Below, one piece after another: positions 24,588 through 37,150 of a stretch of DNA of 64,000 nucleotides. The notes under the pieces are model-generated. The model was not told where the DNA came from. It saw nothing but the letters and a program-made list of their open reading frames with translations, and did not search any database. Source of the DNA: Diplonema japonicum (taxonomy: Eukaryota > Protista > Euglenozoa: Diplonemea); contig OZ025748.1 of the NCBI GenBank assembly GCA_964019335.1, positions 277,249 to 341,248 of the forward strand, read 5' to 3'. Positions within the stretch are counted from its first letter, which is position 1. The number at the start of each line of letters is the position of its first letter. A program made the position numbers and the translations under genes.

Positions 24588-26678
24588 ATGAACGATATGA
24601 CAGTGTTCGTGAAGATGGGAGGCGGGGTTCACGATGTGGAAGTGTCGGGGAAGGAGACGGTGGGGATCCTGTACAAGAAGGCGGGGTGTGCTGCTGGTTT
24701 ACTCGAAGGCAAGTTCGAACTGGTTTGGGAGGGCGAGGTCCTGGACAGGAACGGGGGTGAAGATATCCAGGAACTCGGGCTCGTGGAGGGCAGCGTGGTC
24801 CATGTGGAGGCGAAGATGAGAACCGTTCAGCTGGAGGAGCTTGAGAGCTCAGAAGTGGTTTCAGAGCTTGAGGAGCTTGTGAGAGCTGACCCTGAGCTGG
24901 TTCTGGTGGTGGAGGTGGGGAACTCGCCAGCTGTCGAAGTCTTGTCCATGAAGAAGACGGTCCTTCCTTCCGGACTTCGGTTCCTCGTTGTCACCGACTC
25001 CACAGGCTGTGTTACAAGGATAGGCTCTGAATTTCTTGAAGAGTGCGACCACCTGACGTCTGTTGATCTCATCCTCCCCAATGTTTCCACCATTGATGAT
25101 TTCTTTTTATATGAGTGCAAAAAGCTAGAAACCATCAACTTGAATGCGATGACCAATCTTTCTTCTATTGGTGATTACTTCTTGTCTGGGTGCGTAAAAC
25201 TAGAAACCATCAACTTGAATGCGATGACCAATCTTTCTTCTATTGGTGATTACTTCTTGTATGGGTGCGTAAAACTAGAAACCATCAACTTGAATGCGTT
25301 GACCAATCTTTCTTCCATTGGTCATAACTTCTTGGAGAAGTGCAAAAAACTAGAAACCATCAACTTGAATGCGATGACCAATCTTTCTTCTATTGGTGAT
25401 GGCTTCTTGTTTGGGTGCGAAAAACTAGAAACCATCAACTTGAATGCGATGACCAATCTTTCTTCCATTGGTCATAACTTCTTGGAGAAGTGCAAAAAAC
25501 TAGAAACCATCAACTTGAATGCGATGACCAATCTTTCTTCCATTGGTGATGGCTTCTTGTTTGGGTGCGAAAAACTAGAAACCATCAACTTGAATGCGAT
25601 GACCAATCTTTCTTCCATTGGTCATAACTTCTTGTATGGGTGCGAAAAACTAGAAACCATCGACTTGAATGCGATGACCAATCTTTCTTCTATTAGTGAT
25701 AGCTTCTTGTCTGGGTGCGTAAAACTAGAAACCATCAACTTGAATGCGTTGACCAATCTTTCTTCTATTGGTGATAGCTTCTTGGAAGGGTGCAAAAAAC
25801 TAGAAACCATCAACTTGAATGCGATGACCAATCTTTCTTCTATTGGTGATCGCTTCTTGGAAGGGTGCGAAAAACTAGAAACCATCGACTTGAATGCGAT
25901 GACCAATCTTTCTTCCATTGGTCATTGCTTCTTGTCTGGGTGCAAAAAACTAGAAACCATCAACTTGAATGCGATGACCAATCTTTCTTCTATTGGTGAT
26001 TACTTCTTGTATGGGTGCGTAAAACTAGAAACCATCAACTTGAATGCGATGACCAATCTTTCTTCCATTGGTCATAACTTCTTGTATGGGTGCGAAAAAC
26101 TAGAAACCATCGACTTGAATGCGATGACCAATCTTTCTTCTATTAGTGATAGCTTCTTGTCTGGGTGCGAAAAACTAGAAACCATCGACTTGAATGCGTT
26201 GACCAATCTTTCTTCTATTGGTGATAGCTTCTTGTTTAGGTGCAAAAAACTAGAACCCATCGACTTGAATGCGATGACCAATCTTTCTTCTATTGGTGAT
26301 AGCTTCTTGGAAGGGTGCAAAAAACTAGAAACCATCAACTTGAATGCGATGACCAATCTTTCTTCCATTGGTGATCGCTTCTTGTTTGGGTGCAAAAAAC
26401 TAGAAACCATCGACTTGAATGCGATGACCAATCTTTCTTCCATTGGTCATTGCTTCTTGTCTGGGTGCAAAAAACTAGAAACCATCAACTTGAATGCGAT
26501 GACCAATCTTTCTTCTATTGGTGATCGCTTCTTGTTTGGGTGCGAAAAACTAGAAACCATCGACTTGAATACGTTGACCAATCTTTCTTCCATTGGTGAT
26601 AGCTTCTTGTCTGGGTGCGTAAAACTAGAAACTGTCGACTTGAATTTAAAAAGAAAAAAAAGAAAAGTCGGTGTTTAG
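24588..26678 (+). CDS. Ubiquitin-like N-terminal domain + BspA/TpLRR-type leucine-rich repeat protein
   Basis: N-terminus MTVFVK..VEV..ETVG..ELVWEGEVL..ELGLVEGSVVHV is Ubl-like, followed by 21 repeats of LETINLNAMTNLSSIGxxFLxxCxK. Confidence 0.85.
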   Translation: MNDMTVFVKMGGGVHDVEVSGKETVGILYKKAGCAAGLLEGKFELVWEGEVLDRNGGEDIQELGLVEGSVVHVEAKMRTVQLEELESSEVVSELEELVRADPELVLVVEVGNSPAVEVLSMKKTVLPSGLRFLVVTDSTGCVTRIGSEFLEECDHLTSVDLILPNVSTIDDFFLYECKKLETINLNAMTNLSSIGDYFLSGCVKLETINLNAMTNLSSIGDYFLYGCVKLETINLNALTNLSSIGHNFLEKCKKLETINLNAMTNLSSIGDGFLFGCEKLETINLNAMTNLSSIGHNFLEKCKKLETINLNAMTNLSSIGDGFLFGCEKLETINLNAMTNLSSIGHNFLYGCEKLETIDLNAMTNLSSISDSFLSGCVKLETINLNALTNLSSIGDSFLEGCKKLETINLNAMTNLSSIGDRFLEGCEKLETIDLNAMTNLSSIGHCFLSGCKKLETINLNAMTNLSSIGDYFLYGCVKLETINLNAMTNLSSIGHNFLYGCEKLETIDLNAMTNLSSISDSFLSGCEKLETIDLNALTNLSSIGDSFLFRCKKLEPIDLNAMTNLSSIGDSFLEGCKKLETINLNAMTNLSSIGDRFLFGCKKLETIDLNAMTNLSSIGHCFLSGCKKLETINLNAMTNLSSIGDRFLFGCEKLETIDLNTLTNLSSIGDSFLSGCVKLETVDLNLKRKKRKVGV
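25093..26646 (+). repeat. 75-bp coding tandem repeat, ~21 units
   Basis: Near-identical units ...aaactagaaaccatcaacttgaatgcgatgaccaatctttcttc... Confidence 0.95.
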
Positions 26679-27062
26679 AAGAAGAAGAAAAAAAGAGGGG
26701 AAAAAAAGAAGAAAAAAGAACGCCCTGACGCTGAGGAACATCTTTGTGGAAAAACCAACGGAAAGCAATCCAATACCTCGAAGACACCGGGGACCTGCCC
26801 CCCTCCGCAACAACTCCACAACAACCATCTAACCTGCTGAAGTAGCATGCCGATCAGAAGGCGGCTGAGGCACTTGTCATTTAATCAGAATCCCGAGATC
26901 GCATCCCTGATCCCCAAATAGAGAGTGTACCATCCTGTTTCTCGCGGAAACAGAGAACCTACCCCCTCCCCACCACAGCACCCGACCAATCAGATGCAGC
27001 AGTGTGAAAAAAAAAAAGCCCCCCTCCCCAAACAAACAAACATTTCCCCACCCCCGATAATA

Positions 27063-27837
27063 TGCTTAATTCCTGGTACGTGGGAGGCTCCTCTTGAGGA
27101 TGTCAGTCACTTTTTCCCTTTTTTATTCGACTCTCTGTTTTCGTATGCAGTATTTATTCTTTTCCACCCCCCCCTTTTTACCTATTTTTTCGCTTCTCTA
27201 CTCAAACATAAAATCATTTCAGTAGCCACCCCCGATAACGTATAATTAAGAAAAAATATGGGGGGGAAAGGATTCTGAGGTCCGGCACCCTTAGTAGTCA
27301 AAAAAAAAAAAGAAAAGAACAAAAAGTGTAAAGTGTTAAACAGCCAGCAAAGCTTGTGGAAAGAGAACACCAAGAAAAAATAAGAGAGAGAAGAAAAAAA
27401 GACCAGGACACCCCCTCCCCGGTCGTGAGAGGCCTATGGGTGTGGCACGCCATGTCACAGACCTCGCACCCTATTATCTAGTTTCCACCCTTTCCATTTT
27501 CTTTCCAATTTTAATCTTTTTACTACCCTTTCTGCTTTTCGGTCCCGGGTATGACGTTAAACTGCGTCCGCCGACGCGTCTGAACCAGCACTTCCTGGCG
27601 ACCAGGCCGTCTTTTCTCTTTTCCTACTTCACTTCGTTCCGTTATTTTCATTATTCTGGCCGGGCCATGGAAGCAACCTCTGCTTAATTCCTGGTACGTG
27701 GGAGGCTCCTCTTGAGGATGTCAGTCACTTTTTATTCGACTCTCTGTTTTCGTATGCAGTATTTATTCTTTTCCACCCCCCCCTTTTTACCTATTTCTTT
27801 CGCTTCTCTACTCTAACTTAAAACCATTTCAGTTGCC
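27063..27837 (+). repeat. ~160-bp direct repeat pair (27063-27227, 27681-27837) around a ~450-bp spacer
   Basis: Both copies begin tgcttaattcctggtacgtgggaggctcctcttgagg and end catttcagt(a/t)gcc. Confidence 0.85.
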
Positions 27838-28170
27838 TCTAACTGCACTACCTTGTGGGCGCCGTTTAGACGCAACCAGAGGCTCTGCAGGTTTTTAACT
27901 CTTAAGATTAGCTTTTAAGACTTCTCACAGCTTTGCTGTACCAACCCCAGCGACCAACAATGGGGACTTACTTCACCGTAGGTCACTCTGCAGGGTCGCA
28001 TTTATGTAGACCCAAATACGAAACTGTTCTCCCCCCGTTCGTCGTTGAAAACCGAAGTTTTCGAGGGCTTTCTTCCGAAAAAAGCCCGTTTTTGATAAAA
28101 TGCCTTTTGACCGCACAACTAGAGACTCCCCACCTCTACATCCTACATCCTGAGAAATCCGCTCAGCCCC

Positions 28171-28918
28171 TTGCACGCGAAGGGGGTCCATGCGAGACAC
28201 GGCGACGGTGCGAAGGACTCGGTGATGCTTTCGATCAACAAGACGATGTGCACCGTTGGGGAGGGAGAGCTCTCCCTGGAGATGGTGTACTGGGGGGGAT
28301 CGACAAGCTGTGAGGGGACGGGGCAGCTGCTGCGGCTGATCGAGGGGAAGTGCGTGGAGACGCAGCTCGGGTCGGCGCTGTTCAACGTGTCTCTGTCCTC
28401 GAGCGAGATCTGCACGATGATGCAGTTCCTGACCGACGCGTGGAAGGGGGGACTGAGGCTGAGGGGATACCTCGGCTCCAACTGCACGGGGCTGGTGACA
28501 GAGAATGGCATGATCCCGACGAAGGTCCCCTCGTGCGGGGCGGAGCCGCAGTGCAAGGGGTGCTGCGCTCTGGAACAGCAAGGGCTGCACGAAGACCGGG
28601 CAGTTCAAGAAGGTTCTGACCTCGTGCCGGAAGGTGGCGGGGTCTTGGGAGGGCGGGCTCGTGAGCACCGGCTACAGCAACGACAAGTGCACCTCTGTGG
28701 ACAACACCGAGTACTACCTTGGGCTCCCGCTCTACATGAACGACGGGTCGAAGCAGCTGTGCAGCGAGACCGTTGACAGCTACCTCGGTGTCTCCATGGA
28801 GGCAGACTTCGTGGCACCCCTCACCATCGACACCTACTGCAAGTGGGTGGAGCTCAACACGAAGTTCGGTGTCGACGGCTTCCTTACTTGGAACCAGTTC
28901 AAGGAGTTTCAATTGTGA
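28171..28918 (+). pseudogene. Cys-containing secreted-type protein fragment, frameshifted
   Basis: GC-rich, coding-like sequence with no clear ATG or signal peptide. Removing one G in aagggg (~28555-28560) joins CK to GAALWNSKGC...FQL*. Confidence 0.5.
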
Positions 28919-29689
28919 CTAAATTAACCAGCTGACTGTGAAACTCCACCGTCTGCTGGACTTGTTGGGCTTTCGGGAGCCAAAATTCAATTCAATTAAG
29001 TTTCGTTCTTCAATTTTTTTTTTCTTCTTCTTTTTTTTCTTTTTTTTTTCTCAAAATAAAGGAATTCAAATCAAGCTCGATCGTGTACACCGAAGCTTGA
29101 ATCATCTGTCCTTCTTTTTTTCTTCTTTTTTTTTTTCTTTTTTCTTTCTATATGAAAGGTGAGTGAAAAATTTGAATAACACTGGGGGCGGGGGGCAGGG
29201 GCCTGGTAATGGAAAATAAGGGAAGACACTGGGGAGGGAGGTGAAAAGAAAGGATAGGAGTGAAGCCAGAGTCGAGAGATTGAGTTAGAAACAATTCAGT
29301 GTCTTACATTCCTGGTTTGTTTCACGGGTGGCCCTCAACAGGGGCTTGCCCTTTTTTTCTCTTTTTTCTCTCTCTCTTTTTTTTTTTCTTTTTGCTTTCG
29401 GGAGGAATTCCTTAGAAATTATGTCACATAAGGGACAAAGTACAACCTTTTTCATGATTTCTCATTTGTTTTCTGTCTGTCTTATATGTTGTTCATATAA
29501 GCGAGACATGTATTCCTTCCTCTTATTCGGAAAAAAATAAAAAATAAAAAAAAATATATAAAATAGAGGTACTCTCTCTCCCTGTTCTTCTATTATATCC
29601 GTTCTGGACTTTTCTTTTTCGAATTTTGTGTCTTCCATTATTCTATCTTGCTTGTACTCTTCTCAGGGGAAGGGGCAGCCCGGTACACG

Positions 29690-30955
29690 ATGGAGGTCAG
29701 CCCGCACAAGAAAAACACACGCGTGAAGGGGTCGTACCACTACTTACATTCATGCGGGAGACAGGATCAAAAGTTCTTTCCGTTCAGCGGGGTGCCGACC
29801 ACCCTGAAGGTGGGGAAGGCACTGGACAAGATCTATGATGTGAGACACGAATATTCAAGCAAACACAAAAGGTCGCGAACGCCTCGTCTGGTTGACAAGA
29901 CGGGCACGAAGAAGGTGCTGTTAAGAAGCAGCACACCGAAAAAGGAGACTATCGTGCCTGAGGGCCCTGACTGCTGCACGTACGACCCATTGAAGGCAAT
30001 GAAAGAGGTGAAACAGAGGGGGAGGATTGACATACGAATCAGCGCAGCGAAGAGGATGGACGAAGCTCTGTCACCAGTGCAGAGAGAAGAGAAAGCAAAG
30101 GAGTACGAGGATATGCAGAAGACGTTGCACACCCGAGAGAAGTCCAACGAGCCAGTACAACGCATGAACAAAGCGGTCAAACATGTTCCGGGGGTCGACT
30201 TCTCAAAACACCACCCACACCCCTCCCTCCAGCCAAGACCGCCATCTCCGCCTGCGACACCCGTTTCCGCTGAAACCTCTGCTAGTCCCATCCCTGCTGT
30301 CCTCTCTGCTCCCCCACCTGTTGCTATCCATCACAGGCCCTCCACACCACCTGGGGGCATGTTTGGTCAAAAGCGGAAGACCCTCGATTCCTACTCTTGG
30401 AATCCGTCGTCGTACCCCGCTGCAGGTCGCGCGATTGAGTTCCAAGATAAGATCAGCTACCGCGCGCAGGACAGGCACACCCCACGTGTGTCCATGGGCA
30501 GAGCGTCAGGACGCGAGCGGGACAACAGATCAAAGGACAACTGCGAGGCGCTTGAACGCATCATGAAGAAGGTGAACAGACAGCAAGCCGTGCGTGATAA
30601 AAAGGCTTCTTTTGTCGAGGAGGACAGGCAGTCGACATTCAAGAAGTGCAGGGGGGTCGATATCTGGCTGTCCGGGGGGCGCATGGGCATGGCCGTGCAA
30701 GGGTACTGTGAGGGCTCTGACAACGCGCGCTCTGCAGCGTGGGTTGCTAATGAGGCGCAGTCCATCAACAGAAGGGTGAAAAACGAGATGCATGTGAACG
30801 AGCCTGCCAGGGAGAGAGGGAAGAAAGGAGCGAAACTCAAGCCCTCCACGCCTGCACCAGCTCTTGTGGAGCACGCTACGGAGCTGGAGACACCTTCGGA
30901 GCCGTCGCCGATGGCGGCTGATGCCGCGGACATCGCTGTTGATTTCGAGGAATAG
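29690..30955 (+). CDS. Hypothetical basic/Pro-rich protein
   Basis: ~421-aa ORF downstream of a pyrimidine tract and AG acceptor. Confidence 0.7.
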   Translation: MEVSPHKKNTRVKGSYHYLHSCGRQDQKFFPFSGVPTTLKVGKALDKIYDVRHEYSSKHKRSRTPRLVDKTGTKKVLLRSSTPKKETIVPEGPDCCTYDPLKAMKEVKQRGRIDIRISAAKRMDEALSPVQREEKAKEYEDMQKTLHTREKSNEPVQRMNKAVKHVPGVDFSKHHPHPSLQPRPPSPPATPVSAETSASPIPAVLSAPPPVAIHHRPSTPPGGMFGQKRKTLDSYSWNPSSYPAAGRAIEFQDKISYRAQDRHTPRVSMGRASGRERDNRSKDNCEALERIMKKVNRQQAVRDKKASFVEEDRQSTFKKCRGVDIWLSGGRMGMAVQGYCEGSDNARSAAWVANEAQSINRRVKNEMHVNEPARERGKKGAKLKPSTPAPALVEHATELETPSEPSPMAADAADIAVDFEE

Positions 30956-31116
30956 CAATATTTTGACTTTTTTTTTTTCCATTCTTTGTTGAGTATTCGT
31001 CCCTCCGCTCTCCCCCATCTTCGATTGCGAAAAAATCCTTCTCTGCCTTCGTGTTCGTGTTTTATTCTGATTTTAATGTACCTCTTTCACTATCGCCCCA
31101 TAGGGAGAGATATGCA

Positions 31117-34100
31117 ATGGACGCACCCCGCAGGCGGTCTGCTTCCATGGGCGTGGCCTCTGCCCTTGCCCGGAAGCAGGTGCTGCAACAAGAACGGAGC
31201 AAAATAAAAAAGTACACCTTTGCAGAGGAGCACTACGACGCGGCTGAGATCGAGCGCAGGAAGAAGGAACAGATGGAGAACGAGGTCGCGAAGGCAAGGC
31301 GTGCAACGGAGGCAGCTCTCAGACACGCGGAAGAAGTGGAAGGGCTAAAGGACAGGGTGTCCGACGAGCTGGCAAAGAAGGAGAAAGAAATGGCCGCAAT
31401 CCAACAAGACGTTGCGGTGCAGACCAAGAAAGCACAGGAGAAGATAAGGTCATACGAGATGCAGTATCGATACCTGTCTGAAGAGCTGGTGGACAAGAAG
31501 AACGAGGAAAAGGAAATTCGAAGAGAAGTGTCATACATGAAACGCAAAGTGGAGGAAACCCGCGAGAACGCAGCCTGGGAGCGCGACACTGCGGTGCAGG
31601 CACTGCAGGTTGCGATCAAAAAAGAAGGGAACATCAACAGAGAGCTCGAGGGTCTACCTGAGAAAATCGAGTCCGAGATGAAAAAAAAGCTAGAGAAGGA
31701 AATAGGAAAGGGCGACCTCAAAAAATTTGACCAAGAGGAGATGATCAAGGCGATCGTAGCCCGTGTGACAGACGGGTACAACCTGCAGCACGCGCTGACG
31801 GATTTAGTGGAGAGCCTTAAGGCGCAGCTTGAGGTTGAAATACCTTCTGTAAGTACTGTGTCCAGCCATGAAAGCGATGTGTCCCCTGTATTCCCCTTCA
31901 TGCCCGATCCTGAACCTGAAGCACCTCCCACACCAAGCTCTTCGTTCCTTGATGGTAACGATGCTGACTATCTCCTCATGCAAGTCGAACATCCTAACTG
32001 CCGCATGCTGCGCAGCATGTCGCCCTGTTTTATGAGGCTGCAGCAAAGTCTGCAGGCTTCGGCGTCAGCCGCGCTTTGTGTCCTTGTCGCCGCCGCCCTC
32101 CCAGATTTGACTGACTACTTCAAAAACTGGGTCCCCGAAACCCTTTGCCTCAACTTGCGGTTAGGCGACTCAGGTGAAATGACGACAACCTGCGTGCGGC
32201 TCATCACAGCCGAGGACGGCACTGCCACCTACGAAGCTGACCTCGAGATCTCCCGAGACGCTATGGCATCCTTGTCCCCCAGATCCCCTGCTGCACGATC
32301 GCGTTCACGATCCAGATCACGACCCTCTTCATCTGTGCAGAGAACACCAAACAGACAATTAAGCCAGACACGGCTCTCAGCAACCCCAAACAGAAGGCCC
32401 ACTCAAGAGGAACGCATGACAAAACACCTCCAGAGAAAACTGGAGTACGAGGTTGAAGCCAAGAAACGGGCGGTCATGAAAGCAGAACAGCTGGAAAAGG
32501 ACAGAGAACATGCGGAGAAAGAGCGGAGACGGAAGGAAGCGCAAACCATCATACGGAATAAACTGACTCCGAAGAAAGTAGCACCGAAGAGGGAGCCTCC
32601 AAACGCACCTACGTCGCCGGTGCAAGAACTTCTAACGAGTGCCATGGTGCACACGTCGGTGGAGGAACTGGTCCCGCACATGTTACTGAGGGAGAAGATC
32701 GACCAGGTGGTCAGCGATCTGAAGAAAGAAGACTCTGTGCAGGGCAGTGAAAACGGTACCTCCGTCACGGGACCTATGTACCCAGTTCCCCATCTTCACT
32801 TCCATCAAGAACAGCGATCACCGCGAACAACACTACAGACACACTCCGCCTCTCTGCAAACAGACCGGGCACCTGACACAGGTGACGTTGCCGACCGCTT
32901 GCGAAGGTACTCGCTAGCAGTGGCGAAGGGCACCGGTATCAATATCGTAGATGAGACGATGACGAAGCGTCCCTCTAAACCACAGGTGCTGACGCCCAAG
33001 GGGAAGCGCAGCAGTGCCACCGTGATCCAACTGCACTCTGAGACGCCCGATCTAGGAAGCACACAGCAGAGGCTTGCCAACTACTCGTTCCCCTTGCACG
33101 AAGCCACACGGCACTCGCCTCCTGGCAATGCACACATGTACCCAACGTCGCCCTCTTCCATGCGAACAGCGAAGTCGTCGCCCAACTCAAAGTCTGTGCG
33201 GGTAGATGCTAGTGCCAGGGCTCCTTCTGTTCCTGAATCGGTGGTTAGCCCTAATGTCCGTCTCCACGCTGCGGAGCAGCCTGAGCATTCTACGTCACCT
33301 GCGGGCAGCCCAAGGTCGGGAGCGGGTTCCATGCGGTCACTCCCTTCCGCTGCGAGCTTCGACGTTCAAGAGCAAATGCGCCAACAGCAGAAACGAGAAA
33401 TGGAGCTTGAAAGGATCCTTCAGGAGCAAGACCTGAACAGCAGCAACAACAGCACTATGAAAAAAGAGTATACCCCGCAGCACATGCCCATCCAGCAGCA
33501 GCAGCGGCCCGACCTCTCGGTGCAGACACGTCCCGACGATGCCACAGTCCTTTCCCAAGCGTCGCCCATCTACAGTCAGGGCAGGTCCGTGGTGGCTCTC
33601 GATGGCTTGCTCCCCCCAATGGCCATGGACAAGGTCTCCTTTATTGATGACGCCATACAGCTGCCGCACGGTTCTCCTTACGAAGGATGGGTGAGTCCTT
33701 TCGACCAGATCCCAACCCCGCCCTCCAGCACTCACGCATCGAAGACGTCTTTAATGCGCTACAGTCCTTCAAGCAACAGCCCCCGCGGTTTGGCGACAAC
33801 ACTGCCGCAAGACATGCTGCCATCCTCTGCATCTGATGACAACGAGCGCCACATGCGTGCTCAGCAGCTCCTTCGGCAACAGCAGCAGCTGCTGCATCAT
33901 GAGCACAACTCTCAAGTTCCAACTGTCCAACAGGTGCACCAACATTCTCCCCAGCAGCAGCAACACCACCATCAACAGGCACGCTATCTGCAACATCAGC
34001 TGCAACAGCCTCAACAACAGTTCCAACATTCTCAGCAACCACAACACACTCAGCAGCAACGACAGCCACAACATCCACAACCACAGCAGCATCAGCCACA

Positions 34101-35084
34101 CCCACAACCACAGCAGCATCAGCCACAACAGCCACAGCCACAACATCTACAACCACAGCAGCATCAGCCACAACAGCAACACCCGCAACCACTGCAACAT
34201 CAGCTGCAACAGCCACAACCACAACAGCCACAACCACAACCACAACAGCAACACCCACAACCACGGCAGCAACCACAACCACAACCACAACAGCATCAGC
34301 TACAAAAGCAGCATGCACAAGATCAGGAGACACTCGGATCTCTACAAAGTACACCGCTGCAGCTTCCAGCAGAACAGCCACAGCAACTGCAACCACAGGA
34401 ACGGAAGCAACTTCCCACAGAGCCGCCACGACAAGAAGAGAAGCCACCCCAGACAACTGTGCGTAAACAAGATGATATCCCCACCACCACCACCACCACC
34501 CCCCCTGCGCAAACAAGTCAACTAGCCGGGGACCAAGAGCAAAAAGAAAAGGAGCAGAGCCCTGAGAGAGTGGAGAGCCCGACGGGGAACATCCTTAGCG
34601 ACACGGAGAGCATCGTAAGTGACACTGCACTGTACAATATGAGGCTTCTGTCGCAGGTAAGACACACGGTGACGGCGGAGCTGAACAAGGCGTGGGATGA
34701 AGCATTCGAAGACAAGAAAGAGGATAAAAAAGAGGATAAGAAGGAGACACAGGAAGAGGAGGAGAAGAAAGAGCAGTCTGTAAGAAGGAAGAGGGCGGCA
34801 ACGCTGAGCCCCCTGCCCGAGGTGATCGTCGAAAGGACGTCTGACATGCCAGAGGACATGCCAACCATCATCCTCGACAGGAGTGTGTCAGACCTGGACA
34901 CGTCGGAGAAAGGTATGCCTTCACCCCATCAATCATCATAACAGTGCCTCCTCAGTTCACGCTAGGTGAAGACGCCAAGCAGATGGCACTGACGGTGCCC
35001 CTCGACAGCATCCTTGGAAACGATGGACCCGAGGAGGAGGACCTAGTGCTGCAGGCGATGCTAGAGGACAACCCTGATATGTAG
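31117..35084 (+). CDS. Large coiled-coil, Gln/Pro/His-rich hypothetical protein; intron 34913-34965
   Basis: Long ORF. A GTATGC...CTAG intron extends the frame to GEDAKQM...DNPDM*. Confidence 0.75.
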
Positions 35085-35936
35085 TATGTGGCAGCTTTCG
35101 GGGAGGAAGAAAAAAAAAGGTCTTGTTGTGCTCGATCGCCATCTTACGTCGTAGCCATCAGATTGCCTGGGGAAAGGGGGTGGGGGAAGAAAGCAAATAA
35201 ACCCAATAATAAATATTAAACAGCAATCATTACTTGCGGCTACCCCTAGCAGAGCAATTGAAGGTTAAGCACCAGCTTCGAGAAGACCTCAGATCACGCG
35301 AACAGTCGAGCCACTTCGGGGGCTTCAGGTATAAAGGAAAAATTGTATGGGGGGGAAATAAAAACCAGTATCGGTGACCTTGAGGACGAAAGCCCCGTCA
35401 GCCTGGCGGTGGAAGAGTTCAGGCGACGCTCCCGTGCGAAATCAATGACCTCAAAGAGGGCTACCCCTATGTTCTAAAACCTACTAGACCTCCAGTTATA
35501 ATCTCTTTTTTCTTCTTCTCTTCTCCTTTGTTTTCATTTTGTACATTCTCACCCCCCCCCCCCCCCAACTTTTGTTGAGTGCGTAGAAACCAAAAAAAAA
35601 AGATCTTCCCCTTCCTTTGTAAGAACACGGGTTTCTCTCCTTCGTGTTTTGCCCCCTTCCCTTTTCTATGTTTTTCTTCTTTTTTTTTTTTTGGCTCTGT
35701 AGTACACCCATTTCAACACACAACAAGAAAAAAAAAAAAAAAAAAAAAAAAAAAGGGAAGAGAAACAAAACAAAAAAAAACCGATTCACCTGGTTACAGG
35801 CTTTTTCTTTTTCTTTTTTTTTTTTGTATATTTCCTTCACAGAAGGTTTTCTTTCTTTTTCTTTTTTTCTTGTCACCCAATCCTCTCTGACAAAACTTTC
35901 AGATCAAAAGAAGAAAAAATAAAAAAAAGGAGATAA

Positions 35937-37066
35937 ATGACGCAGCTGGACCCGCACTACAATGGGTTGAAGTGCAAGATACCGCATGATGAGCAGACTG
36001 TGTTGGGGCGGTATAGGTTGTACGCCAGAGGGATGCACCCGATGTTGATGCTGCAAGGGAGAGAAAAAGTGAAGAAGGTTCAGCTGCTGCTGAACGCACA
36101 AAAGGAAGCAGAGGCAAAGGGATGGGACGACGTCGCCCCGAAAGAACAGCTGGAGAGGGCATGGAATGTTAACAGGTGGTGCACCAACGACGTCAATGGG
36201 AGGTACATTCCCTTCTGGGGGAGGCTCTCCTTCATCACCATACCAACCTTCCTGTCAACCATGGCAAACATCAGCTCGGTTTACATAGTAAAGGATATTA
36301 GACGGTACCAGATGGCGCGTCTTGCAGCGCACACCAGCAGCGGTTTCACCTTCATGATCTTCGCAGCCTACCAGTCAGGGGGGGTCACCACGACTAAGCT
36401 CGAAAAGGCCGGGCTCATCACCCTCTCCGGACTCCTAGCCACGATGACAGGACTTTACGGCGAGTACCGGGCCTCCCTGACCTACGATGTGGTGAAGCGG
36501 ACGTTTTCGCACAAGGTACGTGGGACCATTAACGGTTCGTTGACCCCTGCGATCGGGATGGGGTTGGGCACAATGATCGTGAAAAGCAATGAATGGGCAC
36601 CCTTCATGATCACCGATGCGTACATCCCTGTTTATGACGAAACCGGTGAGCTAGTCGGTATGACGATTATATAAAAAAAAAAGGGGGAGGAAAAAAAAAC
36701 AGATAAAACCTCCGAGGCAGGGTACTTCGCAGCAAGGGAGACGAGTGTACTGAGGGCAGGGCATGCTTTTTTATGGGGGGTATGTAACAACAAAAAAAAG
36801 AAGGGGAAAAAAAAAAAAAAAAGGTCCTTTCGTTTTCGGTGTCTCAAGCTGTGATAAGCCAGCACAGCGCCACGAGCAAGAAAGCCATCGAGACGCTGCG
36901 GAGAAAAACCTGTTTGATCTCGTTCTTCCTGTTGGTCTCGTTTCTCGCCTCGCTCCCCTTGGCCATCGGGATCACCCCCGCGCACACGAGCATCGCGTCC
37001 CGTAGGATAGACACAGAGTACCAGAAGGCAGGGATAGCCAATTTGTACTACTACAGAGGATTGTAA
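35937..37066 (+). CDS. SFXN: Divergent sideroflexin (mitochondrial tricarboxylate/serine carrier family); introns 36658-36702, 36780-36823
   Basis: GRY...HPMLML, IPFWGRLSF and IPVYDETGELV. Splicing two A-rich introns yields ...LPLAIGITP...LYYYRGL, resembling the family's YxNKGL end. Confidence 0.75.
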
Positions 37067-37150
37067 CCCCGCTTCTCTTTCTTTTTCCTTTTCTTTGTAT
37101 CTCCCTTCATCAATCAGCCACAAGGGGAATTAAAAAGAGAGAAAAAAAAA

